Source: an uncultured Clostridia bacterium
Lineage (GTDB): Bacteria > Bacillota > Clostridia > TANB77 > CAG-508
Direction of reading: 5' to 3'
Assembly (NCBI GenBank): GCA_944391575.1
Contig: CALXUC010000002.1
Coordinates: 25,787-89,786, forward strand
Length of the DNA: 64,000 nt
The translations under genes were made by a program, and so were the position numbers. Below are positions 29,168-39,040 of the stretch, in pieces. Numbering within the stretch: the first letter of the stretch is position 1; each line of letters opens with the position of its first letter. A model generated the notes under the pieces. That model was not told the DNA's origin. It did not search any database and saw only the letters and a program-made list of their open reading frames with translations.

Positions 29168-29896
29168 ATGTTGGTGATTGTTATGTGTGAAGACAAATTT
29201 AAAAATTATTATTATGATTATATAGACTATTGTGAAAATAAAAATATTATATGTACATTAAATAGAGAAAGAAAAGTAAATGATTTTTATTATCCAGTTA
29301 TAGTATCAAAATATGATAATAAAAACATATATTCAATTGCACCAAAATATTTTAAAGAGATAGCTGAAAAAATAGAAATCCAAAATTTTAATGATGAACA
29401 AAGTATAATAGAATTTTTTAAAGAATTTTTTCAAGATAAAAATCTAGATGTATCTATACAAATAATGTTAAGAATGAGTAAAACTAGAATATGTGATATA
29501 GATATTTCTAAAGTTATTAATATTAATGAAAATTATAGAGATGAATATTATAATTCTTTTGAAAATTTTAGAAATATTGAATATAAAGAAGAAAAGTGGA
29601 ATAAAGTAAAAAAATTAAAATATTTGAACGGAATTATAGAAGATGATCAAATAGTTTCATTAGGTTTTGTTTCAAATATAGATTATAGTGGAGCTAATAT
29701 TGTAATACAAACGAAAGAAAAGTATAAAAATAGGGGATATGGAAAAAGTATAGTTGAAAAAATATCGCGAGATTTATTAGAGAATCGTTTGATCCCAATT
29801 TATTGGGTAAATACTAAAAATGATTTTTCAAGAAAATTAGCTGATGGAATTTTTTTTAAAGAGAAAGCAAGAGAAATTGTTGTAAGAATAAATTAG
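29168..29896 (+). CDS. GNAT-family N-acetyltransferase-like protein
   Basis: 242 aa. The C-terminal half IVIQTKEKYKNRGYGKSIVEKISRDLL carries the acetyl-CoA motif A (R-G-Y-G-K). Confidence 0.55.
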   Translation: MLVIVMCEDKFKNYYYDYIDYCENKNIICTLNRERKVNDFYYPVIVSKYDNKNIYSIAPKYFKEIAEKIEIQNFNDEQSIIEFFKEFFQDKNLDVSIQIMLRMSKTRICDIDISKVININENYRDEYYNSFENFRNIEYKEEKWNKVKKLKYLNGIIEDDQIVSLGFVSNIDYSGANIVIQTKEKYKNRGYGKSIVEKISRDLLENRLIPIYWVNTKNDFSRKLADGIFFKEKAREIVVRIN

Positions 29897-29939
29897 AAAA
29901 TAATAATGTAAAAAGTATATATAGAAAGCGGGAAAAAAT

Positions 29940-30818
29940 ATGTATAAAATAGTAACTATAGACCTAGACGGAACATTACTAAACTCATTAGGAGAAATAT
30001 CAGAAGAAAACATAATAGCATTAAGAAAATGCATAGAAAAAGGTGTAGAAATTGTATTAACATCTGGTAGAGTAGTAAGCTCTATAAAAAATTTTGCAAA
30101 TGAAATTGGAAAGAACAATTACTTAATCTCTGGAAACGGTTCAACTGTATATGACATTAATAATGAAAAAATTATATATCAAAATACAATACCAAAAGAA
30201 AAAGTTTTAAAAATAATAGAAATTTGCGAAGCAAATAGTATTTATTACAGTGTATATACGGAAAAGGGAATAGTAACAAAATCGTTAAATTATAATATAT
30301 TATTTTATCATAAAGAAAATTTAAAGAAAGTAAACACTGAAAAAACTAATATAAATATAGTCCAAAATATTTATGATTATATAGAAAATTTAGAAAACAA
30401 CAAAATCTCTAAAATTTCTATATGTGATAAAGATAAAATGGTTTTTGATAGTATTTTAAAAAAATTAAAAACAATAGAAAATTTAGATATTTTAGAAGTA
30501 GGACATATGTCTAGAAAATACATAGAAAATGGAACGGAAATTGTACCAATCGAATTTTACTATACAGAAATTACGAACGAAAATGTAAATAAATGGGAAG
30601 CTATTAAATTTTTAATAGAAAGATTAAATATAAAGCCAGAAGAAGTTATTGCTATAGGTGATAATATTAACGATAAAGAAATGTTAGAAAATGCCGGATT
30701 AGGAGTTGCAATGGGAAATGCAGCACCATACATAAAAGAATTCGCAGATGATGTAACTTTAGACAATGACAATAACGGAGTAGCAAAAGCTGTTGAAAAA
30801 TATATCACTATGTTTTGA
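29940..30818 (+). CDS. Cof-type HAD-IIB phosphatase
   Basis: IVTIDLDGTLLNS, TSGR and GDNINDKEMLENAGLGVAMGNA motifs. The last codons and the stop lie inside repeat copy 8. Confidence 0.85.
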   Translation: MYKIVTIDLDGTLLNSLGEISEENIIALRKCIEKGVEIVLTSGRVVSSIKNFANEIGKNNYLISGNGSTVYDINNEKIIYQNTIPKEKVLKIIEICEANSIYYSVYTEKGIVTKSLNYNILFYHKENLKKVNTEKTNINIVQNIYDYIENLENNKISKISICDKDKMVFDSILKKLKTIENLDILEVGHMSRKYIENGTEIVPIEFYYTEITNENVNKWEAIKFLIERLNIKPEEVIAIGDNINDKEMLENAGLGVAMGNAAPYIKEFADDVTLDNDNNGVAKAVEKYITMF

Positions 30819-30840
30819 CTAAAAATAGCTATATATTAAG
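30808..30840 (+). repeat. nested-IR element, copy 8 (right-end fragment only)
   Basis: CTATGTTTTGACTAAAAATAGCTATATATTAAG, plus the outer arm CTGGAATTGTTAT. Confidence 0.75.
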
Positions 30841-30879
30841 TCTTATATAAATGACTCTGGAATTGTTATAAAAAATAAT

Positions 30880-30923
30880 GTTACAAAAATATTACAAAAA
30901 TATTACAAAAAAATTACATTTTG
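30880..30923 (+). repeat. four tandem 11-bp repeats (ATTACAAAAAT-like) upstream of the Tad-like operon
   Basis: gttacaaaaat attacaaaaat attacaaaaaa attacattttg, in helical phase, just upstream of TTGCAAAAATAATATAAT. Confidence 0.7.
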
Positions 30924-31017
30924 CAAAAATAATATAATATTGTTGTTTTTTTTATTTTTTTGTAGTAAAATATATAGTATAAGAAAATGTTATGTGTAAT
31001 AATAAGGAGGAATTATA

Positions 31018-32064
31018 ATGGCAATAAATCCAATGCAAAGGAAATCAAGAAATTCATTTCTTTTAGGAATGTTAATAACAATGCTATTAGCAGGAGGTGC
31101 AATAGCCTTTCTTATAATGCAAATGAATGAAATAAATCAACAAATGGAATATGCTCAATCCGGACAAGTTTATGTTTTAACAACAGATGTAAAATCTGGA
31201 CAAATAATAACAAGTGATATGCTTACACCAGTAAAAGTACATCCTAATACGGTACCATTAAATTCTCAAGGTGTTATGAATGTTTTTAATAGTGAATATT
31301 TAGTAGATCAAAATGGAAATACTATATATGGAGATTCAGTAAGTGGTTTCTATTATCAAGATGAGAATGGAAATACAACAAACATATTTATGGGAACTGA
31401 TGGTAAATATTATTATAGAAATGGTAATTCGAATGTGGAAGTGCAAATTGGAGGTGCTCCAATAATAGCTAAAATTGATATAAATGCTAATACACCAGTA
31501 ACTACTGACATGATAACTCCAAGAACTGAATTAGTAAATCAAGATGTTAGATTAGAAGAATATAATATGTTGAAATTGCCTGCAACATTACAAGCTGGAG
31601 AGTACATAGATATTCGTCTTACTTTACCAACTGGACAAGACTATATAGTAGTTTCTAAAAAAGAAGTTAAGCAATGTGATTTAACAACAATATGGGTAGA
31701 GATGTCTGAAGACGAAATAACAATAATGAATAATGCTATAATCGAATCATATATAATGACAGGTTCACAATTATATGCTACAAGATATGTAGAACCAGGA
31801 TTACAAGTAGCTGCTACTCCAACATATCCTATAAGCCAAGCTGTAAGTAATGCACGTGCAAGCAATCCTAATATTTTACAAGAAGCTATAGATGCATATA
31901 ATGATAGAGTAACTGCAAACAATCCAACTCAAGATCGTACTTACATAGAGCAAACATTATCACAATATGCAGAGGACAGATTAAGTAATGTTGAAGATGG
32001 AGTTGAAGCTTCTAAAACACAAGCTTTAGAATCTAGAGAAGACTATATTGATGGATTAATGTAA
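31018..32064 (+). CDS. Flp pilus assembly protein CpaB/RcpC-like
   Basis: 348 aa. N-terminal TM helix, then a SAF-like segment VYVLTTDVKSGQIITSDMLTPVKV. First gene of an operon that contains CpaF. Confidence 0.55.
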   Translation: MAINPMQRKSRNSFLLGMLITMLLAGGAIAFLIMQMNEINQQMEYAQSGQVYVLTTDVKSGQIITSDMLTPVKVHPNTVPLNSQGVMNVFNSEYLVDQNGNTIYGDSVSGFYYQDENGNTTNIFMGTDGKYYYRNGNSNVEVQIGGAPIIAKIDINANTPVTTDMITPRTELVNQDVRLEEYNMLKLPATLQAGEYIDIRLTLPTGQDYIVVSKKEVKQCDLTTIWVEMSEDEITIMNNAIIESYIMTGSQLYATRYVEPGLQVAATPTYPISQAVSNARASNPNILQEAIDAYNDRVTANNPTQDRTYIEQTLSQYAEDRLSNVEDGVEASKTQALESREDYIDGLM

Positions 32065-32082
32065 AAAAGGAGGACCTTTTAG

Positions 32083-32781
32083 ATGAGGAAAATTGGCTTC
32101 GTTGGAGTGTATGATAAAACAGATACATTATTATATACAGCAAAAATTTTAAGATGTTTGCAAAAACGAGTTTTAGTTATTGATTCATGTAAAATGCAAA
32201 AAGCTAGATATGTAGTACCATCAATAGCTCCAACTGTAAATTATGTAACTACATTTGAGGGGGTTGATATTGCTGTTGGCTTTCAAAATATGAATCAAAT
32301 AAAAGGATACTTAGGTAAAACATACGAAGAAGAATTAGATTATGATATAGCTCTTATAGATGTTGATTCTGTTGAAAACTTTAATGGTTTTGAAATAGAA
32401 TTATCTGACAATTTGTTTTTTGCAACAGGTTTTGACTTATACACTTTAAAAAAAGGATTAGAAATATTATATGGATTATCTCAACCTGTTCCAATGACAA
32501 AAATGTTATTTGCAAATAAAGTACTAAAAGAAGATAATGAATATTTAGATTTTTTAGCTAAAGATGCTAAAGTAGTTTGGAATGAAAATATAATAAGTAT
32601 TTTAACATCAGATATGGATAATCATGTCTTTTCAGAAAACCAAAGAGTGGCACGATTAAAATATAAGAATCTAAGTGCAAATTTTAAGGAATCTTTAGCT
32701 ACTATTGTTATGACAATAGTGCCAGGACTTAAAATTAATGAAGTTGCAAAAACATTAAAAACTATAGATAAAGGAGTGTAA
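32083..32781 (+). CDS. ParA/MinD-fold protein with a degenerate P-loop (TadZ-like?)
   Basis: 232 aa. IGFVGVYDKTDTLLYTAKIL sits where the deviant Walker A would be, followed by VLVIDS. Confidence 0.4.
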   Translation: MRKIGFVGVYDKTDTLLYTAKILRCLQKRVLVIDSCKMQKARYVVPSIAPTVNYVTTFEGVDIAVGFQNMNQIKGYLGKTYEEELDYDIALIDVDSVENFNGFEIELSDNLFFATGFDLYTLKKGLEILYGLSQPVPMTKMLFANKVLKEDNEYLDFLAKDAKVVWNENIISILTSDMDNHVFSENQRVARLKYKNLSANFKESLATIVMTIVPGLKINEVAKTLKTIDKGV

Positions 32782-32784
32782 TAG

Positions 32785-33624
32785 ATGCCAATAATATCTT
32801 TTTGGAATAAAGAAAAAATAGAAACTGGCAAAACTTTTTCATTAGTTGCTCTTGCTACATATATGGCTTTAAAAAACAATATGAAAATATTGATTATAAG
32901 TACTCAATTTAAAGATAAAACTATAAATGAATGTTTTTGGCCAATAGTTAAAGAAACTAATAATAATCCTTTAATAACAAAAAATACAGATATATCTACA
33001 GGTATAGAAGGATTATCTAAAGCTGTTTTAAGCAATAAGTCTACACCAGAGATAATAACAAATTATACGAAAGTAGTGTTTAAAGATAGATTAGAAGTTT
33101 TATTAAGTCCAGAAACGACAGATTATGAAGAATATTCTAAAATAGCAACTTCATATAAGGAAATTGCTCAATTTGCAAACAAATATTATGATTTAGTTTT
33201 TGTAGATGTAACAAATGGCTTCGATGATGTGGCACAGTCACGAGAATTATTAACATCTTCAAATCTAATAATATATACTTTTTCACAAAAGCTTAAATTA
33301 ATAAATGAAATTATAGAGCTAAAAAACGATGAAAATTTTAGAAAAATTAAAAATATGATATATTTACTTGGAAAAGAAGATATGAACTCAAAATATAATA
33401 ATAAGAATGTTTCAAGATTAATAGGAGAGAGAAAAGGGATTTTAACAGTTCCTTATTGTACTTTATTCTCAGAAGCAGCTTCTGAAGGAAATGTGGCAGA
33501 GTATTTTATAAAGTATAATAAGCTTACAGATGAAACAGATCAAAATTATATTTTCGTAGAAGCGATAAAAAAAGATGTACAAAGTATTATATATAAATTA
33601 CAAGAATTACAAATGAGATATTAA
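32785..33624 (+). CDS. ParA/MinD-fold protein, TadZ/CpaE-like
   Basis: 279 aa. Partial P-loop ISFWNKEKIETGKTFSLVALA, and DLVFVDV (Walker B-like). Confidence 0.45.
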   Translation: MPIISFWNKEKIETGKTFSLVALATYMALKNNMKILIISTQFKDKTINECFWPIVKETNNNPLITKNTDISTGIEGLSKAVLSNKSTPEIITNYTKVVFKDRLEVLLSPETTDYEEYSKIATSYKEIAQFANKYYDLVFVDVTNGFDDVAQSRELLTSSNLIIYTFSQKLKLINEIIELKNDENFRKIKNMIYLLGKEDMNSKYNNKNVSRLIGERKGILTVPYCTLFSEAASEGNVAEYFIKYNKLTDETDQNYIFVEAIKKDVQSIIYKLQELQMRY

Positions 33625-33664
33625 TATAGAATATCAATAAAAGTTAATGAGGAGGCTTAAATGT

Positions 33665-35563
33665 ATGTTTACTAATATTGTTTTAATCGTATTGATAATA
33701 ATAGTAGCAATAGCAATAGTATATTATGTAATTAAAAACAAAAAAGAAGCTACAGTAGAAGCAAAAGTAGAATTAGATAATAAAACATATACATTAGACA
33801 TGATGAAAGAATTTGTAAAAAGAAGATTAGATGAAATTACAAAGATAAATTTGTATGATATTGGTCTTTCAGAAGAAGAATTAAAAAGAAGAAAGAACAA
33901 AAAATATGAATTAAAGAAAGCTTTAAAAGGCTGTACATATGGTGATGTTAACGATAAAAAATATGTTAAAGAATTAATATATGATTTATTAGCTAAAGAA
34001 TATAATGTAAATGAAACTAATATATCAAAAGCAATTCCTTTTGATATACCTTCTCTTTTAACACCTCAAGATAAATTTGATATTTTATTATTTATGTATA
34101 AAAAAGAATTTGGATATGAGGCATTAACAGAATTCATAAAGAAATATGATTTAGCAAGACTAAAATACATATCTGGTGAAACAAAACCTTGTTATGTTAT
34201 AACACCAGAAGAGATTTCTGAAATTTACGAGAAAGAAAATCCAATTCTTTCTTTTGATGAAAAATTACAAGTAGTAGTACAAAGAATCTATCAACATTAT
34301 AAAGGATATAGCAGTATAGATGAAATAAGAGACATGAATATAGATGGTGTATCTGGAGGTGTATCTGGTTTACCGGAATCTTTCTTAAGCCAAGTTGCAC
34401 AAACAGATGGAGATTACTTAACACAAATTATGGATAATAAAGTACCAAGAGCGTGTGACAGTATATGGATATTTTTCCAAGGTAAATCAATAAGACTTGC
34501 TTTCTTATCATTCAATACAGAAAGTGAGTTAAAGAGAGTTTGTCAAAATATATATAAATATAATAACCCAGGGCAATTATCTGATACAAACGGATATAAA
34601 ATAAATGAAATGAAAGACGGTTCACGTGTCGTTGTTGTAAGACCATCAATGTCTGAAACGTGGGCGTTCTTCGTTAGAAAGTTCGACGTTAAGAGAGCAA
34701 CACTAGAACAATTAATTAGATTTAAAGGTAAGGAAGAAACTATAGAATTATTAAAATTCTTAGTAAAAGGTGCAAGAATTATAGCACTAACTGGTGAGCA
34801 AGGTTGTGGTAAAACAACAATGCTTATGGGTATGATAGAAAATATATACGAAACAATGAACATAAGGGTTCAAGAAACTGCATTCGAGTTGCACTTAAGA
34901 AAAATTTATCCAACACGTAACATATTATCATTTAGAGAGACAGATACTGTAAGTGGACAAGAAGGATTAGACCTTCAAAAGAAAACTGACGGTAGCGTTA
35001 ACATCATAGGTGAGGTTGCTACAGACCCAGTTGCTGCATGGATGATACAAGCTGCCCAAGTTGCTAGTAAATTTACATTATTTACTCACCACGCAAAAAC
35101 ATTTCCTAACTTAGTAATGGCATTAAGAAACTCATTATTGAAAACAGGTATATTCAATGATGAAAAAACAGCAGAAGAGCAAGTTGTTGGAGTATTAAAT
35201 TTCAATATACACTTAGTTAAAGACTTTAGAGGTAGAAGATATATAGAAAGAATAACAGAATGTATACCAGTAGAAGATAAAAACGATTATACATTTGACT
35301 ATAGAAAAGAAAAAACATTAGAAGGAAAGTTAGAAAAATTTATGGACAATGCGACAACTTTCTTTACTAAAATGACAAACAGAGAAGTTTATAGATATGT
35401 AAATGTATTAGAATTTCATGAAGATGAATATGTTCTAACTAATAAAATATCAGATGCAAATATAAAAGAAATGCGTAACAATATGGATGAAGCAGATGCA
35501 GAAGCGTTTGATAAATTTATTGAGAGAAATTGGGGAAAGAGTAAAACTAAAAAAACAAAATAA
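33665..35563 (+). CDS. CpaF/TadA-family secretion ATPase with an N-terminal hydrophobic helix
   Basis: Walker A ALTGEQGCGKTTML. ETAFELHL and IIGEV (Asp/His-box region). Begins MFTNIVLIVLIIIVAIAIVYYVI. ATG 33665 lies 9 nt after AGGAGG. Confidence 0.8.
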   Translation: MFTNIVLIVLIIIVAIAIVYYVIKNKKEATVEAKVELDNKTYTLDMMKEFVKRRLDEITKINLYDIGLSEEELKRRKNKKYELKKALKGCTYGDVNDKKYVKELIYDLLAKEYNVNETNISKAIPFDIPSLLTPQDKFDILLFMYKKEFGYEALTEFIKKYDLARLKYISGETKPCYVITPEEISEIYEKENPILSFDEKLQVVVQRIYQHYKGYSSIDEIRDMNIDGVSGGVSGLPESFLSQVAQTDGDYLTQIMDNKVPRACDSIWIFFQGKSIRLAFLSFNTESELKRVCQNIYKYNNPGQLSDTNGYKINEMKDGSRVVVVRPSMSETWAFFVRKFDVKRATLEQLIRFKGKEETIELLKFLVKGARIIALTGEQGCGKTTMLMGMIENIYETMNIRVQETAFELHLRKIYPTRNILSFRETDTVSGQEGLDLQKKTDGSVNIIGEVATDPVAAWMIQAAQVASKFTLFTHHAKTFPNLVMALRNSLLKTGIFNDEKTAEEQVVGVLNFNIHLVKDFRGRRYIERITECIPVEDKNDYTFDYRKEKTLEGKLEKFMDNATTFFTKMTNREVYRYVNVLEFHEDEYVLTNKISDANIKEMRNNMDEADAEAFDKFIERNWGKSKTKKTK

Positions 35564-35608
35564 AAGAATCTTAAAGCTGTAATAAGAAAGGTAGGTGCTT
35601 AAAATTCA

Positions 35609-37684
35609 ATGTCAAGTGATTTTTTATTATACATAATTGGTGGAGCAGGAGCTTTATTTGTTATTGTACTTGTTGCATTTTTAGTGTTAAGACAGATTAT
35701 GAATAAATCTGGTGATATGGTAAAAATTAGGCAACTACAAAAAGGAACAAAAGAAAATAAGTTTTCTTGGGAAATAATGTCACAAAAATTATACTTAATA
35801 TATAATAAAGTACCAATTTTAAATAGATATTTAAGAAAATTAAGAAGAAGACTAGAAATTATAAACTTGGAAGATGAATATTTAATAAGAACACAAGTTG
35901 CGAAAATTTTGACAAAATCTTTGTTAATTATCGTACCAGCTACAATACTTATCATTTTATTAACTAAGAATGATTTAATGCTTATGGCTATATTGTTAAT
36001 TTTTGAAGTATTCATAATAGAAACATTTATGAGCGGTATGGTAGACAAAATAGACAATAAGATTTTAAAACAACAAATAGATTTCTTTGCAGAAATTAGA
36101 CATGCATACCATGAGTACAACATGGTGGAAGAAGCTATTTATCAAGTTTCTCAAAATGATGAGTTGGAAATATCAAGACAAGGTGAAAGAATATATGAAA
36201 TATTAGTATCAGATTCACCGGAAGAAGAATTAGAAAAATATTACGATATAGCACCAAACCCATATTTAAAAGAATTTGCAGGTTTGTCATATTTAACTAA
36301 AGAATTTGGTGATAGAGAGGTAGACGGAGCATCACTTTATTTAAAAAATTTAAACAACATAACTCAAGAAATGCAACTTGAAATTTTAAAAAGAGAAAAA
36401 TTAGATTACGTTTTCCAAAGTTTATCTTTTATAGCAGCAGCACCTATTTTAGCTATTGAACCAATTAAAAATTGGGCAATAAGCCAATTTAGTTTTACAG
36501 CACAATTTTATGATGGTAAAGTAGGATTAATACTTCAAGTAGCATTAGTAATTATAACATTTGTATGTTATATGCTAGTAAGAAAAATAAAAGATAATAG
36601 AAATAATAGTGGTATGGGGCAATCTGAAAATCCATGGCAAAATAAAGTATATAATAATATGTTTTTTAAAAAGCTTGTAGATATGTTCTTACCTAAAAAA
36701 GGAACTAAAGAAGAAAGAAAAATGAATCAATTACTGAAAGACTCTGCGTCGAAGCAGAAAATTGAGTGGATATATGTAAATAGAATTACATTAGCGATTG
36801 TAGGCTTCATAGTTACATTTATTTTGTTTTTACAAATGCATAATATAGCTATCGATTATGTGTATACAGAACCTGTTGGCGATTATGATATTGTAGGACA
36901 GATGTCAGAACAAGATGCTAGGCAAGGAATGGAAATAACTGAAAATGATAATATATATTTAGATAAATATAAAAATAATAATTCTATAACTACAGAAATT
37001 TTACTTAGAGATTTAAGACGTGATGATTTTTACGAAGGAGTAGATGATGAAGTTTTAACTGAGGCTGCAGATAGAATTTATGAAAAATTACAAGTAGTTA
37101 ACGCAGAATACTTACAATGGTATGAACTTTTAATAGCGATGTTAGTAGCCGTATTAGCATTCTATGGTCCAATAGCATTATTACATTTCCAAAAACGTAT
37201 GCGTGATTTGGAAATGGAAGACGAAGTAATGCAGTTCCAGACAATAATAATGATGCTTATGAAAATTGAGAGGGTTAATGTTGAAATTATTTTAGAGTGG
37301 ATGGAAAGATATTCTAATATATTTAGAGAGCAAATATCACGATGTGTAAATAACTATGAAAGCGGCGCATGGGAAGCTCTAGAACAATTAAAAAATGATG
37401 TTTCATATATGCCACTTATAAGACTTGTAGAAAGTTTACAGGCCGCAGTAGAAAAAATACCTATTGCAGATGCATTTGACGAATTAGATACAGAAAGAGC
37501 ATACTACCAAGAAAAACGAAAAGATTCAAATGAAAGATTAATATCAAAAAAAGGTTTAATTGGAAAAGGAATTGGATTCGCACCAATGATAGTACTATTT
37601 GTAGGATACTTAATCGTTCCATTAGTATTAATAGGTATGACAAGTATGATGGATTCATTCACAAATATGTCAACAATGATATAA
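35609..37684 (+). CDS. large polytopic membrane protein, TadB/TadC (T2SS-F)-like platform candidate
   Basis: 691 aa with several TM clusters. It follows the CpaF-like ATPase directly. Assignment rests on position and topology only. Confidence 0.45.
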   Translation: MSSDFLLYIIGGAGALFVIVLVAFLVLRQIMNKSGDMVKIRQLQKGTKENKFSWEIMSQKLYLIYNKVPILNRYLRKLRRRLEIINLEDEYLIRTQVAKILTKSLLIIVPATILIILLTKNDLMLMAILLIFEVFIIETFMSGMVDKIDNKILKQQIDFFAEIRHAYHEYNMVEEAIYQVSQNDELEISRQGERIYEILVSDSPEEELEKYYDIAPNPYLKEFAGLSYLTKEFGDREVDGASLYLKNLNNITQEMQLEILKREKLDYVFQSLSFIAAAPILAIEPIKNWAISQFSFTAQFYDGKVGLILQVALVIITFVCYMLVRKIKDNRNNSGMGQSENPWQNKVYNNMFFKKLVDMFLPKKGTKEERKMNQLLKDSASKQKIEWIYVNRITLAIVGFIVTFILFLQMHNIAIDYVYTEPVGDYDIVGQMSEQDARQGMEITENDNIYLDKYKNNNSITTEILLRDLRRDDFYEGVDDEVLTEAADRIYEKLQVVNAEYLQWYELLIAMLVAVLAFYGPIALLHFQKRMRDLEMEDEVMQFQTIIMMLMKIERVNVEIILEWMERYSNIFREQISRCVNNYESGAWEALEQLKNDVSYMPLIRLVESLQAAVEKIPIADAFDELDTERAYYQEKRKDSNERLISKKGLIGKGIGFAPMIVLFVGYLIVPLVLIGMTSMMDSFTNMSTMI

Positions 37685-37756
37685 CTAGAAATTGATTAAA
37701 TTATATTAGATAAATAGAAATACAAATTAGAGTATAGTAAAGGAGGGAGTTTCTAA

Positions 37757-38536
37757 GTGGAAAATGCTAGTAAAGCTTTAATAATGGCAGGTTCTATTTT
37801 ACTTACAATTATGGTGGTCGGATTATTAGTATATTTTATGAGCCAATATAGACAATTCCCTCAAGCACAAAACGATGCAGAAAGATTAGCACAAGTATCA
37901 AAATTTAATAGGGAATATGAATCTTATGATAAAAAGGAAATGTATGGAACAGAGGTAGCGACTGTCGTTAATAAAGTAATTAATCATAATAAAAAATATT
38001 TTGATCCGAGAACAGAACAAGGTAAGATTGATAAAGAAAATAATCATTATATAGATGTGCAAATAAACATATTAGAAGATATTAAGAGTTATGCCACACA
38101 ATATTATGAGGTAGAACAACCAACAGGAACGCCAAAAAAATATGTAGATACAGTAGATTATTATAATGAAAGTATAAAAGGAAAAGAGGAGGGAATAGGT
38201 AAGGAAAAAACATTTGAATTAGGTGTAGTTTTTTCCGCAAATCCTAAAAATTCGAATGAGCCAGAAATACAATTACTAGAGACACATAGTTCATTCATAT
38301 CCCAAAATAAAACTTTGGAGAGTTTCTTTTCAGATGATGAGACTATTAGAATTCAGCTCGCTGGTACTACAAAATATGACGAAAGAAACTATACAGAAGT
38401 ATACAGTGGTTTTACAGATTTTAAAAGAAAATATTTTAAATGTACTGAAATAGGCTATGATGGAGATACTCAGATGGTAGATTTGTTAGTATTTGAAGAA
38501 CTTAAAGAGCTTGATGCTGAAGACAAGGAGGCATAG
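37757..38536 (+). CDS. MENA-family pilin-like protein 1
   Basis: GTG start after AGGAGGG. (M)ENASKALIMAGSILLTIMVVGLLVYF, then SKFNREYESY...YGTEVATVVNKV. Confidence 0.55.
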   Translation: MENASKALIMAGSILLTIMVVGLLVYFMSQYRQFPQAQNDAERLAQVSKFNREYESYDKKEMYGTEVATVVNKVINHNKKYFDPRTEQGKIDKENNHYIDVQINILEDIKSYATQYYEVEQPTGTPKKYVDTVDYYNESIKGKEEGIGKEKTFELGVVFSANPKNSNEPEIQLLETHSSFISQNKTLESFFSDDETIRIQLAGTTKYDERNYTEVYSGFTDFKRKYFKCTEIGYDGDTQMVDLLVFEELKELDAEDKEA

Positions 38537-38538
38537 AT

Positions 38539-38949
38539 ATGGAAAATGCTACAAATGGATTAATAATGGCAGGTAGTGTTCTTATAGGGGTTATAGTACT
38601 TTCACTATTTGTATACTTGTTTTCTAGTATGGGTACAACTGCAAGAAATTTTCAAGAAAATATTGACCAAGCTGCTATTTTAAAATTTAACGAACCATTT
38701 GAAAAATACATTGGAAGAAATGATATTACTCCGCATGAGGTTTTAACGGTATATAATCTAGCAAATGCAAGAAATGAAGAGGCTGGATACATAATTATAA
38801 CAATAAAAGGTGTTAATAATACACTTATAAGTAATGAAGCAGAGTTTTTAATATCAGGAAAAACATATAAATGTGAAAGTGGAACCGTATCATATTCAAA
38901 TGAAACAGGAAGAATAGAAACAATGGAATTTAAAGAAGTAAGAAATTAA
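38539..38949 (+). CDS. MENA-family pilin-like protein 2
   Basis: MENATNGLIMAGSVLIGVIVLSLFVYLF, then LKFNEPFEKY. Starts 3 nt after the previous stop. Confidence 0.55.
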   Translation: MENATNGLIMAGSVLIGVIVLSLFVYLFSSMGTTARNFQENIDQAAILKFNEPFEKYIGRNDITPHEVLTVYNLANARNEEAGYIIITIKGVNNTLISNEAEFLISGKTYKCESGTVSYSNETGRIETMEFKEVRN

Positions 38950-38953
38950 ACAG

Positions 38954-39026
38954 AAAATAAGAAAAATTGAAAAAATAAGAAAAATTGAAAAAATATCTTG
39001 AAAAAAGATGAAAAATATATTATAAT
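38954..39026 (+). promoter_or_regulatory. two 18-bp direct repeats followed by an internal promoter
   Basis: AAAATAAGAAAAATTGAA occurs twice (period 18). Then TTGAAA (38998), 17 bp, TATAAT (39021-39026). Confidence 0.45.
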
Positions 39027-39040
39027 ATAAATGAGGTCGT

